From: Squalus acanthias
Lineage: Eukaryota
Assembly: GCA_030390025.1 (NCBI GenBank)
Contig: CM059431.1
Span: 146,632,001 to 146,696,000 of the forward strand
Direction: 5' to 3'
Length of the DNA stretch: 64,000 bases
Below the pieces are notes generated by a model. The model made no database searches. It was not told the DNA's origin and saw nothing but the letters and a program-made list of their open reading frames with translations. The translations under genes and the position numbers were made by a program. Shown here piece by piece: positions 49,380 to 63,100 of the stretch (the stretch's first letter is position 1; the number at the start of each line of letters is the position of its first letter).

Positions 49380-52331
49380 TCATGTCCAAATTCCTGCCCG
49401 CTCCCCGTAACCCTTAATGCCCTTTACTTCTAGGAAACTGTCTATTTCTGTTTTAAATTTAATTAATGTTGTAGCTTCTACAGCTTTTTGTGGCAGCATA
49501 TTCCATGGACCTACCACCCTCTGAGTGAAGTAGTTCCTCCTCATCTCAGTTTTGAAAGAGCAGCCCCTTATTCTAAGACTATGTCCCCTAGTTCTCGTCT
49601 CACCCGTCATCGGGAACATCCTCCCCGCATCCACCCGATCCAACCCCTTCACAATCTTATATGTTTCAATAAGATCGCCTCTCATTCTTCTGAACTCCAA
49701 TGAGTAGAGTCCCAATCTACCCAACCTCTCCTCATATGACCACCCCCTCATCTCCGGGATTAACCGAGTGAACCTTTTTTGCACTGCCTCGAGAGCAAGG
49801 ATGTCTTTCCTTAAGTAAGGACACCAAAACTGTATGCAGTATTCCAGGTGCGGTCTCACCAATACCTTGTACAACTGAAGCAATACCTCCCTATTTTTAT
49901 ATTCTATCCCCCTAGCAATGAAAGCCAACATTCCATTTGCCTTCTTAATCACTTGCTGCACCTGCATACTAACCTTTTGAGTTTCGTGCACCAGGACCCC
50001 CAGATCCCTTTGCACTTCAGTACTCTCCAGTTTCTTGCCATTAAGATAATAAATTGCTCTAGGATTTTTCCTGCCAAAGTGCATCACCTCACACTTTCCA
50101 GTGCTGTATTCCATCTGCCAAATCTCTGCCCACTTACTTAGCCTGTCTATGTCCCCTTGCAGGTTTTTTATGTCCTCCTCACTCACTACTTTCCCTCCCA
50201 TCTTTGTATCATCTGCAAATTTTGATATGTTACACTTGGTCCCTTCCTCCAAATCGTTAATATAGATTGTGAAGAGTTGGGGACCCAGCACTGACCCCTG
50301 TGGAACACCACTAGTTACTGATTGCCAGTCTGAGAATGAACCATTTATCCCAACTCTTTGCTTTCTGTTAGATAGCCAATCCTCTATCCATGCCAGAATA
50401 TTACCCCCAATCCCGTGATTTTTTACCTTAAGCAATAATCTTTTGTGTGGCACCTTGTCAAATGCCTTTTGGAAGTCTAAATACACTACGTCCACTGGTT
50501 CCCCTTTATCCACTCTATATGTTACTTCCTCAAAGAACTCCAGCAAATTTGTCAAACATGACTTCCCCTTCGTAAAACCATGCTGACTTTGTCCTATTAA
50601 ATTATGATTATCCAAATGTCTTGTTACTGTTTCCTTAATAATGGACTCCAAAATTTTACCTACCACAGATGTTAGGCTAACCGGTCTATAGTTACCAGCC
50701 TTCTGTCTACTGCCCTTTTTAAATAAGGGTGTTACATTAGCAGTTTTCCAGTCTGCCGGGACCTTAGCGGAATCCAGGGAGTTTTGAAAAATTATTACCA
50801 ATGCATCTACAATCCCTACCGCCACTTCCTTCAAGACTCTAGGATGTAAGCCATCAGGTCCAGGTGATTTATCCGCCTTGAGTCCCATTATTTTACCGAG
50901 TACCACTTCCTTAGTGATTTTGATCGTGTTTAGCTCCTCTCCCCCTATAGCCCCCTGTTTGTCCAGTGTTGGGATATTCTTAGTGTCCTCTACTGTAAAG
51001 ACTGATACAAAATATTCATTCAGTGTTTTTGCCATCTCCATATTTCCCACCATTAATTTCCCGGTCTCATCCTCTAAGGGACCAACATTTACTTTAGCCA
51101 CCCTTTTTCTTTTTATATAACTATAAAAACTCTTACTATCTGTTTTTATATTTTTTGCTAATTTACTTTCATAATCTATCTTCCCTTTCTTAATCAATCT
51201 TTTTGTTATTTTTTGCTGCCTTTTAAAGTTTTCCCAATCCTCTGTCCTCCCACTAGATTTCGCTACCTTATATGCCCTTGTTTTTAGTCGAATACTATCC
51301 TTAATTTCTTTACTTAGCCACGGATGACTGTCCTTTCTTTTACACCCTTTTCTTTTCAGTGGAATATATTTTTTTTGGAAGTTGTAAAATAACTCCTTGA
51401 ATGTACACCACTGATCATGTGTCGTCTTACCCTTTAATCTATTTTCCCAATCCACTCTACTCAATTCCGCTCGCATACCTTCATAGTCTCCTTTATTCAA
51501 GCTTAGCACGCTTGTTTGAGATCCAACCTTCTCACCCTCTAATTGAATATGGAATTCAACCATGTTATGGTCACTCATTCCAAGGGGATCCTTTACTAGG
51601 ACATTTTTAATTAATCCTGTCTCGTTACACAGGACCAGATCTAAGGTTGCTTGCCCCCTGGTCGGTTCAGTTACATACTGCTCAAGAAACCCATCCCTAA
51701 TACACTCAATGAACTCATCCTCAAGGCAGCCCTGCCCCATTTGATTTGTCCAATTAATATGATAGTTAAAATCCCCCATAATTATAGATGTTCCCTTATT
51801 ACATGCCTCAACTATTTCCTGATTGATACTCCGTCCAATAGAGTTGCAACTGTTCGGAGGCCTATAGACTACGCCCACTAATGTTTTTTTCCCCTTATTA
51901 TTCCTTATCTCCACCCAAACTGTTTCATTATCATGATTTTTTGACCCAATATCATTACTCTGTATTACAGTGATTCCTTCCTTTATTAACATAGCCACCC
52001 CACCTCCCCTTCCTTCCTGCCTGTCCTTCCTGATCGTTAAATAACCTGGTATGTTTAATTCCCAGGCATTGTCACCCTGCAGCCATGTTTCTGTAATGGC
52101 CACAATATCATAACCATATGTAGTTATTTGTGCCATTAACTCGTCTATTTTGTTACGAATGCTACGTGCATTCAGATAGAGAACTTTCAAATATGCTTTG
52201 TGGCACTTAGTTCCTGCTTTTTCACTTTTTACCAGTTTACCTTTTACTCCACACACTCTGTCCCTTCCTGCCACGCTCTGATTTGTGATTCCCCTACTGC
52301 TACCTATGTCTATGACCCTCTCTGTTGTCAT
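49380..52331 (-). CDS. CR1 ORF2p: APE endonuclease + reverse transcriptase (983 aa)
   Basis: YLNARS, ITETW, VYRPP, MGDFN, SDH (APE); NYRPVSLTS, YLDFQKAFD, GVPQGSVLGP, FADD (RT). Confidence 0.97.
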   Translation of the reverse strand: MTTERVIDIGSSRGITNQSVAGRDRVCGVKGKLVKSEKAGTKCHKAYLKVLYLNARSIRNKIDELMAQITTYGYDIVAITETWLQGDNAWELNIPGYLTIRKDRQEGRGGGVAMLIKEGITVIQSNDIGSKNHDNETVWVEIRNNKGKKTLVGVVYRPPNSCNSIGRSINQEIVEACNKGTSIIMGDFNYHINWTNQMGQGCLEDEFIECIRDGFLEQYVTEPTRGQATLDLVLCNETGLIKNVLVKDPLGMSDHNMVEFHIQLEGEKVGSQTSVLSLNKGDYEGMRAELSRVDWENRLKGKTTHDQWCTFKELFYNFQKKYIPLKRKGCKRKDSHPWLSKEIKDSIRLKTRAYKVAKSSGRTEDWENFKRQQKITKRLIKKGKIDYESKLAKNIKTDSKSFYSYIKRKRVAKVNVGPLEDETGKLMVGNMEMAKTLNEYFVSVFTVEDTKNIPTLDKQGAIGGEELNTIKITKEVVLGKIMGLKADKSPGPDGLHPRVLKEVAVGIVDALVIIFQNSLDSAKVPADWKTANVTPLFKKGSRQKAGNYRPVSLTSVVGKILESIIKETVTRHLDNHNLIGQSQHGFTKGKSCLTNLLEFFEEVTYRVDKGEPVDVVYLDFQKAFDKVPHKRLLLKVKNHGIGGNILAWIEDWLSNRKQRVGINGSFSDWQSVTSGVPQGSVLGPQLFTIYINDLEEGTKCNISKFADDTKMGGKVVSEEDIKNLQGDIDRLSKWAEIWQMEYSTGKCEVMHFGRKNPRAIYYLNGKKLESTEVQRDLGVLVHETQKVSMQVQQVIKKANGMLAFIARGIEYKNREVLLQLYKVLVRPHLEYCIQFWCPYLRKDILALEAVQKRFTRLIPEMRGWSYEERLGRLGLYSLEFRRMRGDLIETYKIVKGLDRVDAGRMFPMTGETRTRGHSLRIRGCSFKTEMRRNYFTQRVVGPWNMLPQKAVEATTLIKFKTEIDSFLEVKGIKGYGERAGIWT

Positions 52332-52368
52332 TTTATTTTTTGCTCTCTTGAAACCTCCCCCCCACTAA

Positions 52369-53325
52369 TTAGTTTAAAGCCCTCTCCACAGCCCTAGTTA
52401 TTCGATTCGCCAGGACACTAGTCCCAGCACTGTCCAAGTGAAGTCCGTCCCAACGGAACAGCTCTCTCCTGCCCCAGTACTGGTGCCAGTGTCCCAAGAA
52501 GCAAAACCCATTTTTCCCACACCAGTCTTTGAGCCACGCATTCAACTCCCTGATTTTATTTACCCTAGCCAAATTTGCTCGTGGCTCAGGTAGTAATCCA
52601 GAGATTATTACCCTCGAGGTTCTGCTTTTTAATTTGGCCCCTAGCTGCTCAAACTCCCTCAGCAGAACCTCTTTCCTTGTCCTATCTATGTCATTGGTAC
52701 CAACATGGACCACTACAACTGGATCCTCCCCCTCCCACTCCAAGTTTCTCTCCAGCCCAGAGGAGATGTCCTTAACCCTGGCACCGGGCAGGCAACACAG
52801 CCTTCGGGACTCTCGCTCTTGGCTGCAAAGAACCCTATCTATCCCCCTAATGATACTATCCCCTACCACTACAACATTTCTTTTTACTCCCCCCACTTGA
52901 ATGGCCCCCCTTACCACGGTGCTGTGGCCAGGTTGCTCATCCTCCCTGCAGTCCCCGCTCCTATCCACACAGGGAGTAAGAGCCTCGAACCTGTTGGACA
53001 AGAGCAAGGGCTGCGGCTCCTCCAACACTACCTCCTGGATCCCTGTACCTGCCTCACTCGTAGTCACACCTTCCTGTCCCTGACCACGGGCTACTTCTGA
53101 ATTAGTTACTCTAATTGGTGTGACTACCTCCTGAAACACGGAGTCCAGGTAACTCTCCCCTTCCCTGATGTGTCGCAGTGTTTGAAGCTCGGACTCCAGC
53201 TCATCAACACGGAGCCGGAGTTCCTCGAGCAGCCAACACTTACTGCAAATGTGTTCACCGTGAACATCAATGGTGTCCACCAGCTCCCACATATTGCAGC
53301 AGTAACACATCACCTGCTCTCCCAT
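52369..53325 (-). CDS. CR1 ORF1p: zinc finger/leucine zipper + SGNH esterase (318 aa)
   Basis: CxxC...CxxC followed by a heptad repeat; VVGDS, HVGTND and DGLH esterase motifs. Confidence 0.93.
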   Translation of the reverse strand: MGEQVMCYCCNMWELVDTIDVHGEHICSKCWLLEELRLRVDELESELQTLRHIREGESYLDSVFQEVVTPIRVTNSEVARGQGQEGVTTSEAGTGIQEVVLEEPQPLLLSNRFEALTPCVDRSGDCREDEQPGHSTVVRGAIQVGGVKRNVVVVGDSIIRGIDRVLCSQERESRRLCCLPGARVKDISSGLERNLEWEGEDPVVVVHVGTNDIDRTRKEVLLREFEQLGAKLKSRTSRVIISGLLPEPRANLARVNKIRELNAWLKDWCGKNGFCFLGHWHQYWGRRELFRWDGLHLDSAGTSVLANRITRAVERALN

Positions 53326-53600
53326 TCTATGTAATTAATTAAAAATGTATTATTTACTGTTCAGTTAATTTATGCCAGCAGTCTCTGCTACACCACAGAT
53401 ACCCGAGAAACAATAAAATTGAAGTTTTGTATAAAAAAAAAAGAGAAATACTCACCAACCAATCACTTACCTGCTTTCTGGTGATGTCACACTTCGATTA
53501 TTTTTTACCTCTCTCCTGCTCTCGGCTTGGTGAAAGCCTACCTGGTCGCTGCCGCCTTTTACCGCCGCCGCCTCGCCGCTGTTGCTCCACCCAGGTCCGC

Positions 53601-54169
53601 CTCACTCTCTGTCCTGTGGCAGTTTGTTCTGAGTCTCCTCACTCTGTCCTGTGACAGTTTGTTCTGAGTCTCCTCACTCTCTGTCCTGTGGCAGTTTGTT
53701 CTGAGTCTCCTCACTCTGTCCTGTGACAGTTTGTAATGATTCTCCTCACCCTGTCCTGTGGCAGTTTGTTCTGAGTCTCCTCACTCTCTGTCCTGTGGCA
53801 GTTTGTTCTGAGTCTCCTCACTCTGTCCTGTGACAGTTTGTTCTGAGTCTCCTCACTCTCTGTCCTGTGACAGTTTGTTCTGAGTCTCCTCACTCTCTGT
53901 CCTGTGACAGTTTGTTCTGAGTCTCCTCACTCTCTGTCCTGTGGCAGTTTGTTCTGAGTCTCCTCACTCTCTGTCCTGTGACAGTTTGTTCTGAGTCTCC
54001 TCACTCTCTGTCCTGTGGCAGTTTGTTCTGAGTCTCCTCACTCTCTGTCCTGTGGCAGTTTGTTCTGAGTCTCTTCACTCTGTCCTGTGACAGTTTGTTC
54101 TGAGTCTCCTCACTCTCTGTCCTGTGACAGTTTGTTCTGAGTCTCTTCACTCTGTCCTGTGACAGTTTG
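53601..54169 (-). repeat. 35/37-bp tandem array (~16 units) at the LINE 5' end
   Basis: (ctcactct[ct]gtcctgtgRcagtttgttctgagtctc)n, lying inside the TSD boundaries. Confidence 0.92.
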
Positions 54170-57100
54170 TCTGTCAATTCACTTTCCCAATCCATTGATG
54201 GTATCTGTCCATTCACTTTCCCAATCCATTGATGGTATCTGTCCATTCACTTTCCCAATCCATTGATGGTATCGGTCCATTGACTTTCCAAAATCCATTG
54301 ATGGTAGCTGTCCATTCACTTTCTCAATCCAATGATGGTATCTGTCCATTCACTTTCCCAATCCAATGATGGCATCTGTCCATTCACTTTCCCAATCCAT
54401 TGATGGTATCTGTCCATTCACTTTCCCAATCCAATTATGGTATCTGTCCATTCATTTTCTCAATCTATTGATGGTATCTGTACATTCACTTTCCCATTAT
54501 ATTGATGGTATCCGTCCATTCACTTTCCCAATCCATTGATGGTATCTGTCCATTCACTTTCCCAATCCATTGATGGTATCTGTCCATTCACTTTCCCAAT
54601 CTATTGATGGTATCCGTCCATTCACTTTCCCAATCCATTGATGGTATCTGTCCATTCACTTTCCCAATCTATTGATGGTATCTGTCCATTCTCTTTATCA
54701 ATCCATTGATGGTATCCTTCCATTCACTTTCCCAATCCATTGATGGTAACTGTCCATTCACTTTTCCAATCCATTGATGGTATCTCTCCATTCACATTCC
54801 CAATCCATTGATGGTATCTGTCCATTCACTTTCCCAGTCCATTGATGTTAGCTGTCCATTCACTTCCCAATCCATTGATGGTAACTCACCATTCTCCTTC
54901 CCAATCCATTGATGGTATCTGTCCGTTCACTTTCCCAATCCATTGATGGAATCTGTCCATTCAGTTTCCCAGTTCATTGATGGTATCTGTCCATTAACTT
55001 TCCCAATCCATTGATGGTATCTGTCCATTCAATTTCCCAATCCATTGATGGTATCTGTCGATTAACTTTCCCAATCCATTGATGGTATCTGTCCATTCAC
55101 TTTATCAATCCATTGATGGTATCTGTCCATTCACTTTCCCAATCCATTGATGGTATGTGTGCATTGATTTCCCTAATCCATTAATGATATCTGTCCATTC
55201 ACTTTCCCAATCCATTGATGGTAACTGTCCATTCACTTTCCCACTCCATTGATGGTATCTGTCCATTCACTTTCCCAGTCTATTGATGGTATCTGTCCAT
55301 TCACTTTCCCAATCCATTGATGATATCTGTCCATTCACTTTCCCAATCCATTGATGGTAACTGTCCATTCACTTTCCCAATCCATTGATGGTATCTGTCC
55401 ATTCACTTTCCCAATCCATTGATGGTATCTGTCCATTCACTTTCCAATCCATTGATGGTATCTGTCCATTCACTTTCCCAATCCATTGATGGTATCTGTC
55501 CATTCACTTTCCCAATCCATTGATGGTATCTGTCATTCACTTTCCCAATCCATTGATGGTATCTGTCCATTCACTTTCCCAATCCATTGATGGTATCTGT
55601 CCATTCACTTTCCCAATCCATTGATGGTATCTGTCCATTCACTTTCCCAATCCATTGATGGTATCTGTCCATTCACTTTCCCAATCCATTGATGGTATCT
55701 GTCCATTCACTTTCCCAATCCATTGATGGTATCTGTCCATTCACTTTCCCAATCCATTGATGGTATCTGTCCATTCACTTTCCCAATCCATTGATGGTAT
55801 CTGTCCATTCACTTTCCAATCCATTGATGGTATCTGTCCATTCACTTTCCCAATCCATTGATGGTATCTGTCCATTCACTTTCCCAATCCAATGATGGTA
55901 TCTGTCCATTCACTTTCCCAATCCATTGATGGTATCTGTCCATTCACTTTCCCAATCCATTGATGGTATCTGTCCATTCACTTTCCCATCGATTGATGGT
56001 ATCTGTCCATTCACTTTCCCAATCCATTGATGGTATCTGTCCATTCACTTTCCCAATCCATTGATGGTATCTGTCCATTCACTTTCCCAATCCATTGAAG
56101 GTATCTGTACATTCACTTTACCCATCCAATGATGGTATCTGTCCATTCACTTTCCCAATCCATTGAAGGTATCTGTACATTCACTTTCCCAATCTATTGA
56201 TGGTATCTGTCCATTCAATTTCCCAATCTATTGATGGTATCCGTCCATTCACTTTCCCAATCCAATGATGGTATCTGTCCATTAACTTTCCCAATCCATT
56301 GATGGTATCTGTCCATTCACTTTCCCAATCCATTGATGGTATCTGTCCATTAACTTTCCCAATCCATTGATGGTATCTGTCCATTCACTTTCCCAATCCA
56401 TTGATGGTATCTGTCCATTCACTTTCCCAATCCATTGATGGTATCTGTCCATTCACTTTCCCAATCCATTGATGGTATCTGTCCATTCACTTTCCCAATC
56501 CATTGATGGTATCTGTCCATTCACTTTCCCCAATCCATTGATGGTATCTGTCCATTCACTTTCCCAATCCATTGATGGTATCTGTCCATTCACTTTCCCA
56601 TTCTATTGATGGTATCTGTCCATTCACTTTCCCAATCCATTGATGGTATCGGTCCATTGACTTTCCCAATCCATTGATGGTATCTGTCCATTCACTTTCC
56701 CAATCCAATGATGGTATCTGTCCATTCACTTTCCCAATCCATTGATGGTATCTGTCCATTCACTTTCCCAATCCATTGATGGTATGTGTCCATTCACTTT
56801 CCCAATCCATTGATGGTATCGGTCCATTGACTTTCCAAAATCCATTGATGGTATCTGTCCATTCACTTTCCCAATCCAATGATGGTATCTGTCAATTCAC
56901 TTTCCCAATCCATTGATGGTATCTGTCCATTCACTTTCCCAATCCATTGATGGTATCTGTCCATTCACTTTCCCAATCCATTGATGGTATCGGTCCATTG
57001 ACTTTCCAAAATCCATTGATGGTAGCTGTCCATTCACTTTCCCAATCCAATGATGGTATCTGTCCATTCACTTTCCCAATCCAATGATGGCATCTGTCCA

Positions 57101-60100
57101 TTCAATTTCCCAATCCATTGATGGTATCTGTCCATTCACTTTCCCAATCCAATTATGGTATCTGTCCATTCATTTTCCCAATCCATTGATGGTATCTGTA
57201 CATTCACTTTCCCATTATATTGATGGTATCCGTCCATTCACTTTCCCAATCCATTGATGGTATCTGTCCATTCACTTTCCCAATCCATTGATGGTATCTG
57301 TCCATTCACTTTCCCAATCTATTGATGTTATCCGTCCATTCACTTTCCCAATCCATTGATGGTATCTGTCCATTCACTTTCCCAATCTATTGATGGTATC
57401 TGTCCATTCTCTTTATCAATCCATTGATGGTATCCGTCCATTCACTTTCCCAATCCATTGATGGTAACTGTCCATTCACTTTTCCAATCCATTGATGGTA
57501 TCTCTCCATTCACATTCCCAATCCATTGATGGTATCTGTCCATTCACTTTCCCAGTCCATTGATGTTAGCTGTCCATTCACTTCCCAATCCATTGATGGT
57601 ATCTCGCCATTCTCCTTCCCAATCCATTGATGGTATCTGTCCGTTCACTTTCCCAATCCATTGATGGAATCTGTCCAGTCAGTTTCCCAGTTCATTGATG
57701 GTATCTGTCCATTAACTTTCCCAATCCATTGATGGTATCTGTCCATTCACTTTCCCAATCCATTGATGGTATCTGTCGATTAACTTTCCCAATCCATTGA
57801 TGGTATCTGTCCATTCACTTTCCAATCCATTGATGGTATCTGTCCATTCACTTTCCCAATCCATTGATGGTATCTGTCCATTCACTTTCCCAATCCATTG
57901 ATGGTATCTGTCCATTCACTTTCCCAATCCATTGATGGTATCTGTCCATTCACTTTCCCAATCCATTGATGGTATCTGTCCATTCACTTTCCCAATCCAT
58001 TGATGGTATCTGTCCATTCACTTTCCCAATCCATTGATGGTATCTGTCCATTCACTTTCCCAATCCATTGATGGTATCTGTCCATTCACTTTCCCAATCC
58101 ATTGATGGTATCTGTCCATTCACTTTCCCAATCCATTGATGGTATCTGTCCATTCACTTTCCCAATCCATTGATGGTATCTGTCCATTCACTTTCCCAAT
58201 CCATTGATGGTATCTGTCCATTCACTTTCCCAATCATTGATGGTATCTGTCCATTCACTTTCCCAATCCATTGATGGTATCTGTCCATTCACTTTCCCAA
58301 TCCATTGATGGTATCTGTCCATTCACTTTCCCAATCCATTGATGGTATCTGTCCATTCACTTTCCCAATCCATTGATGGTATCTGTCCATTCACTTTCCC
58401 AATCCAATGATGGTATCTGTCCATTCACTTTCCCAATCCATTGATGGTATCGGTCCATTGACTTTCCCAATCCATTGATGGTATCTGTCCATTCACTTTC
58501 CCAATCCATTGATGGTATCTGTCCATTCACTTTCCCAATCTATTGATGGTATCCGTCCATTCACTTTCCCAATCCAATGATGGTATCTGTCCATTCACTT
58601 TATCAATCCATTGATGGTATCTGTCCATTCACTTTCCCAATCCATTGATGGAATCTGTCCATTCAGTTTCCCAGTTCATTGATGGTATCTGTCCATTAAC
58701 TTTCCCAGTGCATTGATGGTATCTGTCCATTCACTTTCCCAATCCATTGATGGTATCTGTCGATTAACTTTCCCAATCCATTGATGGTATCTGTCCATTC
58801 ACTTTCCCAATCCATTGATGGTATCTGTCCATTCACTTTCCCAATCCATTGATGGTATCTGTCCATTCACTTTCCCAATCCATTGATGGTATCTGTCCAT
58901 TCACTTTCCAATCCATTGATGGTATCTGTCCATTCACTTTCCCAATCCATTGATGGTATCTGTCCATTCACTTTATCAATCCATTGATGGTATCTGTACA
59001 TTAACTTTCCCAATCCAATGATGGTATCTGTCCATTCACTTTATCAATCCATTGATGCTATCTGTCCATTAACTTTCCCAATCCATTGATGGTATCTGTC
59101 CATTCACTTTGTCAATCCATTGATGGTATCTGTCCATTCACTTTCCCAATCCATTGATGGTATGTGTGCATTGATTTCCCTAATCCATTAATGATATCTG
59201 TCCATTCACTTTCCCAATCCATTGATGGTAACTGTCCATTCACTTTCCCAATCCATTGATGGTATCTGTCCATTCACTTTCCCAATCCATTGATGGTATC
59301 TGTCCATTCACTTTCCCAATCCATTGATGGTATCTGTCCATTCACTTTCCCAATCCATTGATGGTATCTGTCCATTCACTTTCCCAATCCATTGATGGTA
59401 TCTGTCCATTCACTTTCCCAATCCATTGATGGTATCTGTCCATTCACTTTCCCAATCATTGATGGTATCTGTCCATTCACTTTCCCAATCCATTGATGGT
59501 ATCTGTCCATTCACTTTCCCAATCCATTGATGGTATCTGTCCATTCACTTTCCCAATCCATTGATGGTATCTGTCCATTCACTTTCCCAATCCATTGATG
59601 GTATCTGTCCATTCACTTTCCCAATCTATTGATGGTATCTGTCCATTCACTTTCCCAATCATTGATGGTATCTGTCCATTCACTTTCCCAATCCAATGAT
59701 GGTATCTGTCCATTCACTTTCCCAATCCATTGATGGTATCTGTCCATTCACTTTCCCAATCCATTGATGGTATCTGTCCATTCACTTTCCCAATCCATTG
59801 ATGGTATCTGTCCATTCACTTTCCCAATCGAATGATGGTATCTGTCCATTCACTTTCCCAATCCATTGATGGTATCGGTCCATTGACTTTCCCAATCCAT
59901 TGATGGTATCTGTCCATTCACTTTCCCAATCCATTGATGGTATCTGTCCATTCACTTTCCCAATCTATTGATGGTATCCGTCCATTCACTTTCCCAATCC
60001 AATGATGGTATCTGTCCATTCACTTTCCAATCCATTGATGGTATCTGTCCGTTCACTTTCCCAATCCATTGATGGAATCTGTCCATTCAGTTTCCCAGTT

Positions 60101-63100
60101 CATTGATAGTATCTGTCCATTAACTTTCCCAATCCATTGATGGTATCTGTCCATTCACTTTCCCAATCCATTGATGGTTTCTGTCGATTAACTTTCCCAA
60201 TCCATTGATGGTATCTGTCCATTCACTTTCCCAATCCATTGATGGTATCTGTCCATTCACTTTCCCAATCCATTGATGGTATCTGTCGATTAACTTTCCC
60301 AATCCATTGATGGTATCTGTCCATTCACTTTCTCAATCCATTGATGGTATCTGTCCATTAACTTTCCCAATCCAATGATGGTATCTGTCCATTCACTTTA
60401 TCAATCCATTGATGGTATCTGTTCATTAACTTTCCCAATCCAATGATGGTATCTGTCCATTCACTTTATCAATCCATTGATGCTATCTGTCCATTAACTT
60501 TCCCAATCCATTGATGGTATCTGTCCATTCACTTTCCCAATCTATTGATGGTATCTGTCCACTCACATTCCCAATCCATTGATGGTATCTGTCCATTCAC
60601 TTTCCCAATCCATTGATGGTATCTGTCCATTCACTTTCCCAATCCATTGATGGTATCTGTCCATTCACTTTCCCAATCCATTGATGGTATCTGTCCATTC
60701 ACTTTCCCAATCCATTGATGGTATCTGTCCATTCACTTTCCAATCCATTGATGGTATCTGTCCATTCACTTTCCCAATCCATTGATGGTATCTGTCATTG
60801 ACTTTCCCAATCCATTGATGGTATCTGTCCATTCACTTTCCCAATCCATTGATGGTATCTGTCCATTCACTTTCCCAATCCATTGATGGTATCTGTCCAT
60901 TCACTTTCCCAATCCATTGATGGTATCTGTCCATTCACTTTCCCAATCCATTGATGGTATCTGTCCATTCACTTTCCCAATCCATTGATGGTATCTGTCC
61001 ATTCACTTTCCCAATCCATTGATGGTATCTGTCCATTCACTTTCCCAATCCATTGATGGTATCTGTCCATTCACTTTCCCAATCCATTGATGGTATCTGT
61101 CCATTCACTTTCCCAATCCATTGATGGTATCTGTCCATTCACTTTCCCAATCCATTGATGGTATCTGTCCATTCACTTTCCCAATCCATTGATGGTATCT
61201 GTCCATTCACTTTCCCAATCCAATGATGGTATCTGTCCATTCACTTTCCCAATCCATTGATGGTATCTGTCCATTCACTTTCCCAATCCAATGATGGTAT
61301 CTGTCCATTCACTTTCCCAATCCATTGATGGTATCTGTCCATTCACTTTCCCAATCCATTGATGGTATCCGTCCATTCACTTTCCCAATCCATTGATGGT
61401 ATCTGTCCATTCACTTTCCCAATCCATTGATGGTATCTGTCCATTCACTTTCCCAATCCATTGATGGTATCCTGTCCATTCACTTTCCCAATCCATTGAT
61501 GGTATCTGTCCATTCACTTTCCCAATCTATTGATGGTATCTGTCCATTCACTTTCCAATCCATTGATGGTATCTGTCCATTCACTTTCCCAATCCATTGA
61601 TGGTATCTGTCCATTCACTTTCCCAATCCATTGATGGTATCTGTCCATTCACTTTCCCAATCCATTGATGGTATCTGTCCATTCACTTTCCCAATCCATT
61701 GATGGTATCTGTCCATTCACTTTCCCAATCCATTGATGGTATCTGTCCATTCACTTTCCCAATCCATTGATGGTATCTGTCCATTCACTTTCCCAATCCA
61801 TTGATGGTATCTGTCCATTCACTTTCCCAATCCATTGATGGTATCTGTCCATTCACTTTCCCAATCCATTGATGGTATCTGTCCATTCACTTTCCCAATC
61901 CATTGATGGTATCTGTCCATTCACTTTCCCAGTCCATTGATGGTATCTGTCCATTCACTTTCCCAATCCATTGATGGTATCTGTCCATTCACTTTCCCAA
62001 TCCATTGATGGTATCTGTCCATTCACTTTCCCAATCATTGATGGTATCTGTCCATTCACTTTCCAATCCATTGATGGTATCTGTCCATTCACTTTCCCAA
62101 TCCATTGATGGTATCTGTCCATTCACTTTCCCAATCCATTGATGGTATCTGTCCATTCACTTTCCCAATCCATTGATGGTATCTGTCCATTCACTTTCCC
62201 AATCCATTGATGGTATCTGTCCATTCACTTTCCCAATCCATTGATGGTATCTGTCCATTCACTTTCCCAATCCATTGATGGTATCTGTCCATTCACTTTC
62301 CCAATCCATTGATGGTATCTGTCCATTCACTTTCCCAATCCATTGATGGTATCTGTCCATTCACTTTCCCAATCCATTGATGGTATCTGTCCATTCACTT
62401 TCCCAATCCATTGATGGTATCTGTCCATTCACTTTCCCAATCCATTGATGGTATCTGTCCATTCACTTTCCCAATCCATTGATGGTATCTGTCCATTCAC
62501 TTTCCCAATCCATTGATGGTATCTGTCCATTCACTTTCCCAATCCATTGATGGTATCTGTCCATTCACTTTCCCAATCCATTGATGGTATCTGTCCATTC
62601 ACTTTCCCAATCCATTGATGGTATCTGTCCATTCACTTTCCCAATCCATTGATGGTATCTGTCCATTCACTTTCCCAATCCATTGATGGTATCTGTCCAT
62701 TCACTTTCCCAATCCATTGATGGTATCTGTCCATTCACTTTCCCAATCCATTGATGGTATCTGTCCATTCACTTTCCAATCCATTGATGGTATCTGTCCA
62801 TTCACTTTCCCAATCCATTGATGGTATCTGTCCATTCACTTTCCCAATCCAATGATGGTATCTGTCCATTCACTTTCCCAATCCATTGATGGTATCTGTC
62901 CATTCACTTTCCCAATCCATTGATGGTATCTGTCCATTCACTTTCCCAATCCATTGATGGTATCTGTCCATTCACTTTCCCAATCATTGATGGTATCTGT
63001 CCATTCACTTTCCCAATCCATTGATGGTATCGGTCCATTGACTTTCCCAATCCATTGATGGTATCTGTCCATTCACTTTCCCAATCCATTGATGGTATCT

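Larger units (their letters stand above)
49143..54169 (-). mobile_element. Full-length CR1-clade LINE with two intact ORFs, inserted in the satellite
   Basis: (TTCTTATG)n 3' tail; ORF1 and ORF2 uninterrupted; TSD tctgtca at 49136-49142 and 54170-54176. Confidence 0.95.
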
